Part shown: positions 8,819-15,813 of the stretch, piece by piece
Numbering within the stretch: the first letter of the stretch is position 1
Layout: each line of letters starts with the position of its first letter
Virus record (IMG/VR): IMGVR_UViG_3300030376_001126
Location: 1 to 31,121 of that record
DNA from: a virus
Taxonomy: Duplodnaviria > Caudoviricetes
Reading direction: 5' to 3' (one strand)
Length of the DNA stretch: 31,121 bases
The notes under the pieces: generated by a model
Seen by the model: only the letters and a program-made list of their open reading frames with translations
Databases searched by the model: none
Told to the model about the DNA's origin: nothing
Position numbers and translations under genes: made by a program

Positions 8819-9692
8819 GCCAAAGTACCCAGTCTATATTATTTCTAAAGGCAGAGCTGATGTAGGTTACACAGCAAATTTTATGTTGAAAGACAAAGTA
8901 GATTTTAAATTAGTAATCGAACCACAAGAATTTAAAGAATACGCAAGATTCTATGATGAAAAATTATTAATGGTTACCCCATTTAGCAATCTAGGTAAAG
9001 GCTCAATACCAGTAAGAAACTTTATATGGGAAGATTCAATTAAAAATGGTCATGAAAGGCATTGGTGCTTTGATGACAATATACATAGCATTCGGTATCA
9101 ATGGAACGGCAGAAGAATTAAATGCAATGGCAATCTAGGAATACATGCAGTTGAAAAATTTACTGATAGATATGAGAACATTGCAATTAGTGGCATGAAT
9201 TACACTTTTTTTGTACCACCCGGAACACGCAAACCTTATTATCAGAATTGTAGAGTTTATAGCAATCTTCTTATAAAAAACGATGTAGATTTTAGGTGGC
9301 GAGGTAGATACAACGAAGATACAGATTTATGTTTACAAGCCCTTAGTAAAGATTGGTGTACTGTTCTTGTCAATGCTTTTATGATCGAAAAAAATGCAAC
9401 AATGAGTATGAAAGGCGGGAATGCAACAGAGTTGTATGTTGGCGACGGTAGGTTAAGAATGGCTAGAGAATTAAAAGAGGCATGGCCTTATGTTGTAGAA
9501 GTAAAAAGAGTTTATGGAAGACCACAACATAGAATAAAATTTAATTGGCGACATTTCGATACACAGTTAAAGAGGCGAGATGATATTAATTGGGATAATA
9601 TAGAAGAAGAAAAAATAAAAATGAAGATCAATAAAGTAAACGACATAAAGAGTGAAAAGCTTAAGAAAGATGTAAAAAATTATAATGGCTGA
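8811..9692 (+). CDS. TET-associated/GREB1-like glycosyltransferase (putative DNA-modifying)
   Basis: YPVYIISKGR, RNFIW, HWCFDDNI, WRGRYNEDTDLCLQAL, MKGGN motifs match the phage TAGT family as I recall it. Confidence 0.8.
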   Translation: MDKPKYPVYIISKGRADVGYTANFMLKDKVDFKLVIEPQEFKEYARFYDEKLLMVTPFSNLGKGSIPVRNFIWEDSIKNGHERHWCFDDNIHSIRYQWNGRRIKCNGNLGIHAVEKFTDRYENIAISGMNYTFFVPPGTRKPYYQNCRVYSNLLIKNDVDFRWRGRYNEDTDLCLQALSKDWCTVLVNAFMIEKNATMSMKGGNATELYVGDGRLRMARELKEAWPYVVEVKRVYGRPQHRIKFNWRHFDTQLKRRDDINWDNIEEEKIKMKINKVNDIKSEKLKKDVKNYNG

Positions 9693-9774
9693 TGTCTTTG
9701 TTCGTGATTGTGATGAATGTTTAAAGCCTTATTGGAACGAAAACAATACCAGAGTTTGTCCAGATTGTGAATAA
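9685..9774 (+). CDS. 29-aa Zn-ribbon microprotein (not in ORF track)
   Basis: MADVFVRDCDECLKPYWNENNTRVCPDCE* with two CxxC pairs, overlapping the GT stop. Confidence 0.65.
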   Translation: MADVFVRDCDECLKPYWNENNTRVCPDCE

Positions 9775-9784
9775 ATTTCTGTTA

Positions 9785-9813
9785 TTGTCATAATCTTAGA
9801 TTAATATTAATTA
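9785..9813 (+). promoter_or_regulatory. Putative promoter/operator of the HTH-Sak-Rep operon
   Basis: TTGTCA 9785-9790 followed directly by TAATCTTAGATTA (palindrome core 9792-9802) and an AT-rich -10 region. Confidence 0.55.
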
Positions 9814-9817
9814 AATA

Positions 9818-9873
9818 GCTTGGTGGGGGTATGTCCTTTCTCTAAAAGAATGCACCTACTACCCCCATTGAGC
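9818..9873 (+). ncRNA. Structured RNA element / candidate sRNA with anti-SD loop
   Basis: 14-bp stem gcttggtgggggta/tacccccattgagc with three G-U pairs, favouring + strand RNA. 28-nt loop contains tgtcctttctcta. Confidence 0.5.
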
Positions 9874-9887
9874 AAGAGAGGAAAGAA

Positions 9888-10082
9888 ATGTTTGACCCGA
9901 TAAGTGTTGCAGAGATTGCAGAAATGCTTGGTGTTACAAGACAAAAAGTGGCAAGTCTTAAACATCATGGTAAATTACCAGAGCCAAAAAAGATTCTTAA
10001 ATGTGGACCTTTATGGGACGCAAAAGAGATAGCCGACTTTATAAATAAGGTTGGCATTACAGATAACAGGAGGAAAAAATGA
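9888..10082 (+). CDS. Small HTH DNA-binding protein (AlpA/excisionase-like)
   Basis: SVAEIAEMLGVTRQKV...GKLPEP...GPLW...EI..F. Confidence 0.85.
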   Translation: MFDPISVAEIAEMLGVTRQKVASLKHHGKLPEPKKILKCGPLWDAKEIADFINKVGITDNRRKK

Positions 10083-10561
10083 GTCGATCAACTCAAATAC
10101 AAATAAGCAAACCATGGAATAAAACCTTTGTAAAAAGTGTAAATAAAGGTTTTGGAAATATTGATTATGTTGAACACACACAGGTTACACAGAAATTAAT
10201 AGCCCTTATTCCAGATTTAGATATTACAACTGGCGATATTGTTTATGACAAGATCGAAGATGTAAACGGCGTTGCAAGAAAGTTTGTTACAGGCATGCGT
10301 GTAATACTAACTGGCACAGTAGACGGCCATAGAATAACAAGAGAAGATTACGGCATGTGCGATAAGCCTTTCTTTCATGAAAACCCTAATAAAGTGCAAA
10401 ACAATGGGCAGAGAATAAAAGAATGTATGTCGGACGGTATTAAAAGAGCGGCAATGCGTATGGGTGTTGGAATTGAACTATATGATACAGACGCATGGTT
10501 AAGTACTTACCTAGAAAAAACCAAAGACATTGAGGAGCAAATAGTCACAGAAGAAGAATAA
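10079..10561 (+). CDS. sak: Rad52-like (Sak) single-strand annealing protein
   Basis: DYVEH..V...L and K...SDGIKRAAMRMGVGIELY, the Rad52/22 signature. Confidence 0.85.
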   Translation: MSRSTQIQISKPWNKTFVKSVNKGFGNIDYVEHTQVTQKLIALIPDLDITTGDIVYDKIEDVNGVARKFVTGMRVILTGTVDGHRITREDYGMCDKPFFHENPNKVQNNGQRIKECMSDGIKRAAMRMGVGIELYDTDAWLSTYLEKTKDIEEQIVTEEE

Positions 10562-10570
10562 AATACTGAA

Positions 10571-11311
10571 ATGCAAATTGTCTCAGAATTTTACTTTTCT
10601 ATTGTACCAGAGTGGCTTATTGAATCTAATGTGTCCGATAATGCGTTAAGGGTATATTCCGCATTATACCGATTCGCAGATAAAGATGACGGCACATGCT
10701 GGCCTTCAATAGCCACCATTGGTGCAAAGTGTAATAAATCTAGCTCATCAGTTAAAAGAGCAATAAAAGAATTAAAAGAACTAGGTGCAATAGAGGTTAA
10801 AGAAAGATATATAGAAGATCAAGGGCAAACATCTAATCTTTATTTGTTAAAAATGAACCCTGCTTTTAAATCTGAACCCCCACCCCATACCAAAAATGAC
10901 ATGGGGGGTAGGTCAAATATGACACACAAACCAAAGTCATTTAACCAAAGTCATAATTACAAGACAGATTCAGATAAAGGTAAAATATATTTAGCTCTTT
11001 CTGAACACATGTACCAACCTAAAACCAAAAATGAAATATCAATATTTAATAAGGTCGCCAAAGATTTAGCAGAGATCGACGCAACGGCAGATGAAATAAA
11101 AGAAAAAATATATATTTACAAAAAGAAATGGCCAAATATTACCTTAACGCCATTTGCATTGTCTAAGAACTGGACATTGCTTGGTGAAATGTACGAGAAA
11201 GACAAACCACCTAAACAAAGAGATTGTGAGAAAGAGGGGCATGGCTGGGTTGATCTTGATGTAATATTTCATTGTAGATACTGCAAAGCAGAAAAAGTCA
11301 AAGAAGAATAG
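10571..11311 (+). CDS. Replication initiator protein (N-terminal wHTH, HTH_36-like) with C-terminal Zn-binding motif
   Basis: ALRVYSALYRFAD..GTCWPSIATIG...S.SSVKRAIKELKELGAI...SNLY. C-terminal C....H.W......CRYC. Confidence 0.85.
   Translation: MQIVSEFYFSIVPEWLIESNVSDNALRVYSALYRFADKDDGTCWPSIATIGAKCNKSSSSVKRAIKELKELGAIEVKERYIEDQGQTSNLYLLKMNPAFKSEPPPHTKNDMGGRSNMTHKPKSFNQSHNYKTDSDKGKIYLALSEHMYQPKTKNEISIFNKVAKDLAEIDATADEIKEKIYIYKKKWPNITLTPFALSKNWTLLGEMYEKDKPPKQRDCEKEGHGWVDLDVIFHCRYCKAEKVKEE
10847..10926 (+). repeat. Four iteron-like repeats, putative replication origin
   Basis: ttaaaaatgaaccc, ttaaatctgaaccc, ccaaaaatgaca, tcaaatatgaca spaced 19-24 bp in the linker after the wHTH. Confidence 0.5.
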
Positions 11312-11323
11312 TAAACTACCTAT

Positions 11324-11614
11324 ATGGCAGAAATAATTAACTGGGGGGCATTATCTGTTGGATTTTACCTCAGTAAATACCCCGAATTGAATAAATTAGA
11401 TTTAGAAGAAGTATTGCCAATGGTTGATACACAAGGCGGACTTGCGTTTAAATATGAAAATGATTTATATTTTATTGTATTAAATCTAAATAATGAATTT
11501 GAGGTGTCTGTGATAACTCATTTAAGAGACCTCTGCTACATAGAGCTACCAGACGCAGAAGACCTACTACATTTCTTAACTTCCTTAGATAATGGGTTTA
11601 AAATATATCAATAA
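11324..11614 (+). CDS. Hypothetical protein
   Basis: 96-aa ORF. Confidence 0.65.
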   Translation: MAEIINWGALSVGFYLSKYPELNKLDLEEVLPMVDTQGGLAFKYENDLYFIVLNLNNEFEVSVITHLRDLCYIELPDAEDLLHFLTSLDNGFKIYQ

Positions 11615-11615
11615 T

Positions 11616-11659
11616 ATTTTAATCTAAGATTGACATATACTCTAAAATCGGCCTAATAT
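11616..11659 (+). promoter_or_regulatory. Promoter with AATCTAAGATT box overlapping -35
   Basis: attttAATCTAAGATTGACA-18 nt-TAATAT (TTGACA 11630-11635, TAATAT 11654-11659). Near-identical to 13758-13801. Confidence 0.8.
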
Positions 11660-11689
11660 TCTTATATGAATATAGAGAAAGGCACAAAA

Positions 11690-11950
11690 ATGATAGATAT
11701 TAAAGAAGAAAAATATACATGTCATAGTTGTAACAAAACAGTTACTAAAGAAAACATTAAAAATAAACCTAGTATATTTTTTGCTAATTATTGTAAAGAT
11801 TGCGGTGTGCGTTGTAATTATTGCCAAATATCTTTAAAGATTTTAGGCTTTACAAAAGATACAGTCTTAGATCATACAAAAATTTGTAAAGAAAAAGAAA
11901 AATTTGATAATAACCAAAACGATTATTATTGGGATGACCCACATGTCTAA
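11690..11950 (+). CDS. Cys-rich zinc-finger protein
   Basis: CHSC, CKDC, CNYC, H...C. TAGAGAAAGG RBS before ATG 11690. An alternative leaderless start at 11666 is possible. Confidence 0.7.
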   Translation: MIDIKEEKYTCHSCNKTVTKENIKNKPSIFFANYCKDCGVRCNYCQISLKILGFTKDTVLDHTKICKEKEKFDNNQNDYYWDDPHV

Positions 11951-12128
11951 TAAACCAAATTTAGAGGGTAATTGTCAAGTAGAGAACTGCAATCGCCCAT
12001 TACATAGAAAAACTGGACATATTTTGTATAACGCAAACACAGATCGATATGACGCAATCTGCAAATTTTGTTTTTTACAAAACCCTAGTTATGGTAGAAA
12101 AACAAAAAAAGTCATACAAACAAATTAA
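11943..12128 (+). CDS. Small zinc-binding protein
   Basis: MSNKPNLEGNCQVENC...CKFC. ATG 11943 overlaps the end of the previous gene. Confidence 0.6.
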   Translation: MSNKPNLEGNCQVENCNRPLHRKTGHILYNANTDRYDAICKFCFLQNPSYGRKTKKVIQTN

Positions 12129-12147
12129 AATTAGAGAAAGGTAAAAA

Positions 12148-12456
12148 ATGACTGATATAAAAACAAATACAAGAAGAATAAAATACAAAAAGCCAGTAGA
12201 TAGAAAGATAAATCACTACCCCGATTCACTTGAGGCAGTTGATCTTATTATCGAAAATCTACAAAAAGAAATAGACAAGAACACAGATAATAAAAAAATT
12301 GGCAGACAAGACTGGTCTGATTTTCAATTTGCTAGGTGGGACGCAAAAAGACATTTGTTAAAAGAACAAATGAAATGGTTAAAAGAATTACGCCATGATA
12401 TTGAATTGGCTGATATTGAACATGATATGGCCATAGAGGGTACAGGTGGTTTTTAA
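12148..12456 (+). CDS. Hypothetical coiled-coil protein
   Basis: 102 aa with TAGAGAAAGG RBS. Confidence 0.7.
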   Translation: MTDIKTNTRRIKYKKPVDRKINHYPDSLEAVDLIIENLQKEIDKNTDNKKIGRQDWSDFQFARWDAKRHLLKEQMKWLKELRHDIELADIEHDMAIEGTGGF

Positions 12457-12524
12457 TGGTAGATATTGCATATTACAAAGAAAAATATAGAAAAAGCAAA
12501 AAAGGAATGTGGAAACATGCCTGA
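12456..12524 (+). CDS. 22-aa basic micro-ORF
   Basis: TAATG-coupled MVDIAYYKEKYRKSKKGMWKHA*, overlapping the start at 12517. Confidence 0.4.
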   Translation: MVDIAYYKEKYRKSKKGMWKHA

Positions 12525-12657
12525 TATTGTATTTATGGACATGGACGGTAACGAAATCCGCAAAGATTTAACTGATATCAATTCTTTAGATGATGTAAAA
12601 AAATCTTTTAAAGAACTAGACAAAAAGAGAAAGGACAAAAAAAATGGACAAGTATAG
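12517..12657 (+). CDS. Hypothetical small protein
   Basis: MPDIVFMDMDGNEIRK...; AAAGGA upstream. Start shortened from the track's TTG at 12466. Confidence 0.55.
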   Translation: MPDIVFMDMDGNEIRKDLTDINSLDDVKKSFKELDKKRKDKKNGQV

Positions 12658-12856
12658 TAACCCCGATGTATTTATTGTTTTGTTTGCCTTTGTAGCAATC
12701 ATGACAATGGGTGCATTACTTGGGGAAGTAGCGGTATGGGTAGCCAAAATGCTTGGTTATGAGTTTGAAGATCAAGAGTATATTAATACTGATTTTTACC
12801 AAAGATTGCAAGACGGTGAAGAACTTACTGCACAAAACATGTTTGGTAATGAGTAA
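12644..12856 (+). CDS. Single-TM membrane protein
   Basis: VFIVLFAFVAIMTMGALLGEVAVWVA; AGAGAAAGGACA RBS. Confidence 0.7.
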   Translation: MDKYSNPDVFIVLFAFVAIMTMGALLGEVAVWVAKMLGYEFEDQEYINTDFYQRLQDGEELTAQNMFGNE

Positions 12857-13112
12857 AGAATTTGTAACATACGAGGCCAATGAAAATAAACTTATTTGGC
12901 GACAGGTATTAGTCCAACAGGGTAAAGAATCTAAAGAAGAAACATGTATAGGTCAATTTGGTTTTTTGCCAACTGATGACGGTAAAAGTGCCGATATGGT
13001 GTTTATTGTACATAAAGACAATCAACCCGAACATGCAATTGCAATACCTAAAGAAGTGTTACAAACTGCATTAACAGAGGGTTGGTTTTTAAAAAGAGGC
13101 AACGGCAGATGA
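12849..13112 (+). CDS. Hypothetical protein
   Basis: Start MSKEFVTY at 12849 overlaps the previous gene end. Confidence 0.65.
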   Translation: MSKEFVTYEANENKLIWRQVLVQQGKESKEETCIGQFGFLPTDDGKSADMVFIVHKDNQPEHAIAIPKEVLQTALTEGWFLKRGNGR

Positions 13113-13471
13113 GTTACGCAGATACAATACAACAGATATTATCGGACGGCAGGTGGCATTGTGTACTTGATCTAATCGCAGAAACTGGTTTATCAGCACG
13201 AAATAGAATTAGTGAATTAAACAAAGACCATGAAGAAAAATACGCTAAGAAACGCTATATCGGTGAAAAATGTAAATTAGAATCTTGCAAACATAGATCA
13301 GAATTGTACATGTATAAATTAAACACTGGTGTTGTATCAGAAGAATTGGTATTTGGCGACCCTATTATTGAAGATATGGCTATGAATCGTGAAAATGAAG
13401 AATGGAATAATAAAACACCCGAAGAAAGACACGAATATATAAAGAATCTAAAGAAAAATTTTGGATTATGA
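13109..13471 (+). CDS. Winged-HTH-like DNA-binding protein
   Basis: ILSDGRWH...DL....GLSARNRISEL pattern; ATGA overlap. Confidence 0.6.
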   Translation: MSYADTIQQILSDGRWHCVLDLIAETGLSARNRISELNKDHEEKYAKKRYIGEKCKLESCKHRSELYMYKLNTGVVSEELVFGDPIIEDMAMNRENEEWNNKTPEERHEYIKNLKKNFGL

Positions 13472-13704
13472 CTTGGGTTGATGACATAGATAAAAGAATA
13501 AAGGTTTACAACAAAGACTTTAGAGATCGATTAGTTGTAGTAAAAGTAAAAAACAAAGAGATTGTAGGTAAAGAAGAACAATTGCAATTCTTTTTACCTT
13601 ACAATGAGTCGCAAAACAAGAGATTTATACAGAATTATATTAAAGATGAGTATAATAATAAGTACAAGTATATCAGTCACTATACTTGTAAGTATCACAC
13701 TTAA
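13468..13704 (+). CDS. Hypothetical protein
   Basis: 78 aa, ATGA overlap. Confidence 0.6.
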   Translation: MTWVDDIDKRIKVYNKDFRDRLVVVKVKNKEIVGKEEQLQFFLPYNESQNKRFIQNYIKDEYNNKYKYISHYTCKYHT

Positions 13705-13755
13705 TTTACCCCTTAGTGTATACGCCCCCTAAATTGCAGCTCGTAGGGGGTAAAT
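13704..13755 (+). other. Hairpin with two alternative C-rich partners for one G-run (terminator/attenuator-like)
   Basis: tagggggtaaat (13744-13755) pairs with atttacccctta (13704-13715) or with cccccta (13725-13731). Confidence 0.45.
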
Positions 13756-13757
13756 AT

Positions 13758-13801
13758 ATTTTAATCTAAGATTGACAAGCAAATAGATATTGGCCTAATA
13801 T
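13758..13801 (+). promoter_or_regulatory. Promoter with AATCTAAGATT box overlapping -35
   Basis: TTGACA 13772-13777, 18-nt spacer ending ggcc, TAATAT 13796-13801. Confidence 0.8.
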
Positions 13802-13830
13802 GGTTACATAAGATAGAGAAAGGCAAAACA

Positions 13831-14283
13831 ATGAGTACAAGATCAACAATAGAGGTAAGATATAGCGCAACTGCTACAAAAGATAGTGGTTTCGGCGAAT
13901 CTTTTTATAAACATCATGACGGTTACATTAAAGGTGGTTTAGGCGAACTTTTAATTCATTTTGTTACATATACAAATATGCCAAAAATGACATTTCTAAA
14001 TAGATTTCAAGAATTTGCAAAAGAACATAGAATTAATGCTGTTGCAGATGATGTAAATAGATTAGAAAAATTAGACAATGTTGAATCATATAGAGAACAT
14101 GGCGATACTGAATACCATTATACAATTATGCCAAGTAATAAGGGTTGGTTACTTACTGTGCAAGAAAGAGATTACACCGATTCTGCACAAAACGGCACAG
14201 ATCAAACAAAAACTGGACATTGGACAGATTTTGCACCAAGAAAAACAATTGGTAGAGCTGGTATTTTAATGCCTATTAACTAA
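13831..14283 (+). CDS. Conserved phage protein (MSTRS...Y.HHDGY..G.G..L family), monocistronic
   Basis: Has its own promoter, RBS and terminator. N-terminal motif recurs in phage hypothetical proteins. Confidence 0.7.
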   Translation: MSTRSTIEVRYSATATKDSGFGESFYKHHDGYIKGGLGELLIHFVTYTNMPKMTFLNRFQEFAKEHRINAVADDVNRLEKLDNVESYREHGDTEYHYTIMPSNKGWLLTVQERDYTDSAQNGTDQTKTGHWTDFAPRKTIGRAGILMPIN

Positions 14284-14298
14284 AAAGAAACGCAAAAA

Positions 14299-14330
14299 CC
14301 GAAAGCCCTGCATAATGTAGGGCTTTTTGG
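14299..14330 (+). terminator. Intrinsic terminator
   Basis: aaagccctgca-taa-tgtagggctttt(t). Confidence 0.85.
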
Positions 14331-14348
14331 TATTATACTGATAAACGC

Positions 14349-14792
14349 ATGGCAAATAATAAACCTTATAAATTACTCGATGAAGACTTAACTGATAGAT
14401 TATTAGAAGCTATTAGATTAGGTATGTATACAGAACACGCATGTGCTTATGCGGGGATCAATTCTTCAACATTTAGATTATGGCGAAAGAAAGCTGAAGA
14501 GGGTGTTGAACCTTATAAATCTTTTTGGTTACAGGTAAATCAAGCAGAGGGTACTGCAATTATCAGAAGAATGGCTCGAATCGAACAAGCAGGTAAAGAC
14601 GGCAATTGGCAAGCAGACGCATGGGTATTAGAAAGAAAATACCCCGATAAATTTGGTAGGAAAGAAAAATTACAATTACAAGGCGACCCTAATGCACCAG
14701 TAGAAATAGAATTAAACTGGGCAGACGGTAAAAAACTAGATCGAGAAAATGAAATTGTTGTAGATTTAGATAATTTACAAGAAGAAGAATAA
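14349..14792 (+). CDS. terS: Terminase small subunit
   Basis: HTH (ACAYAGINSSTFRLW) plus WQADAWVLERKYPDKFGR. Upstream of TerL. TATACT -10 at 14334. Confidence 0.8.
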   Translation: MANNKPYKLLDEDLTDRLLEAIRLGMYTEHACAYAGINSSTFRLWRKKAEEGVEPYKSFWLQVNQAEGTAIIRRMARIEQAGKDGNWQADAWVLERKYPDKFGRKEKLQLQGDPNAPVEIELNWADGKKLDRENEIVVDLDNLQEEE

Positions 14793-14872
14793 TGGACAAA
14801 GAAACATGGATAATTGTTGACGGTCATAGAGTTCATATATCATGGTTACCAGAGAAAGAGGAAGAAGAATAA
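14792..14872 (+). CDS. 26-aa micro-ORF
   Basis: MDKETWIIVDGHRVHISWLPEKEEEE*, TAATG-coupled at both ends. Confidence 0.6.
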   Translation: MDKETWIIVDGHRVHISWLPEKEEEE

Positions 14873-15813
14873 TGCCAATTTTTGATGAAATTGTACTTGA
14901 TGACCTAGAAGATGAGCTAAATATACACGAAAATAGCGACTATAAAAAAGAATTAAGAATGGCTAATGACCCTATTGATGAAGAAGTATTAAAAAAGCCA
15001 GTTGATCTAAGAATATTAAGTCTAGGCGCAGGTGTTCAATCGTCTACATTATTGATGAAGATATACAATGGTGTAATAAAACCAGTAGATTATGCAATAT
15101 TTGCAGATACAGGTAATGAGCCACAAGAGGTTTACGATTGGTTTGAGTTTATTACAGATAAAGTAAAAGATAAGATAAAAATTTTAATAGTAAATAATGA
15201 TCGAAATACTGGCGATATAACAAAAGATTTATTAAGTTCAGAGGGTTTCCATGCGTCTATACCTGTTCATGTAAAAAATGCTAGTGGTAAAAAAGGTATG
15301 ACTCTAAGAACATGTACAGATAGATACAAGATTCAACCAATAAATAAAAAGATAAGAGAGATACTAGATGTAAAAACATTAAGAGGTCAATTGGTTGAAA
15401 TAGTTATGGGTATATCTTTAGATGAAATACAGAGGGTTAAAAGACCACCAAACAAATGGGCAATAAACACATACCCATTAATTGAGCAAAGAATAACAAG
15501 AGAAATGTGCCTAGATTACTTTAAAGAATTAGGTTTACCACAACCACCAAAGTCTGCCTGTATAATATGCCCTTATCATGACAATACAGAATGGTTAAGA
15601 ATAAAAGAAAATAACCCAAAAGAATTTGAATCAGCAATAGAATTTGATAAACAACTCAGAGAAAAAAAAGATAGTACATTTGTATCTAAGTTAGACGGTG
15701 AATTGTATTTACACCCTAAATTAATTCCTTTAGATCAAGTAAATTTAAAAGAACGCAAAGATTACCAATTTAGTCTTTTTGATGATGAGTGCGACGGTTA
15801 CTGCGGTGTGTAA
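14872..15813 (+). CDS. PAPS-reductase/DndC-like PP-loop (adenine nucleotide alpha hydrolase) protein with Cys clusters
   Basis: LSLGAGVQS (PP-loop variant), FADTGNE, CT..YKI.PI, SACIICPY, C-terminal ECDGYCGV. Confidence 0.8.
   Translation: MPIFDEIVLDDLEDELNIHENSDYKKELRMANDPIDEEVLKKPVDLRILSLGAGVQSSTLLMKIYNGVIKPVDYAIFADTGNEPQEVYDWFEFITDKVKDKIKILIVNNDRNTGDITKDLLSSEGFHASIPVHVKNASGKKGMTLRTCTDRYKIQPINKKIREILDVKTLRGQLVEIVMGISLDEIQRVKRPPNKWAINTYPLIEQRITREMCLDYFKELGLPQPPKSACIICPYHDNTEWLRIKENNPKEFESAIEFDKQLREKKDSTFVSKLDGELYLHPKLIPLDQVNLKERKDYQFSLFDDECDGYCGV

Noticed and set aside
9832-9844. Minus-strand RBS (TAGAGAAAGGACA) for a leftward gene
   Set aside because: No start codon at a suitable distance on the minus strand and no ORF. 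Better explained as an anti-SD in a + strand hairpin loop.
14872-15813. cysH as a sulfur-metabolism auxiliary gene
   Set aside because: The PP-loop and C-terminus differ from CysH (no SGGKDS or ECGLH), and the context is DNA packaging. No gene symbol assigned.
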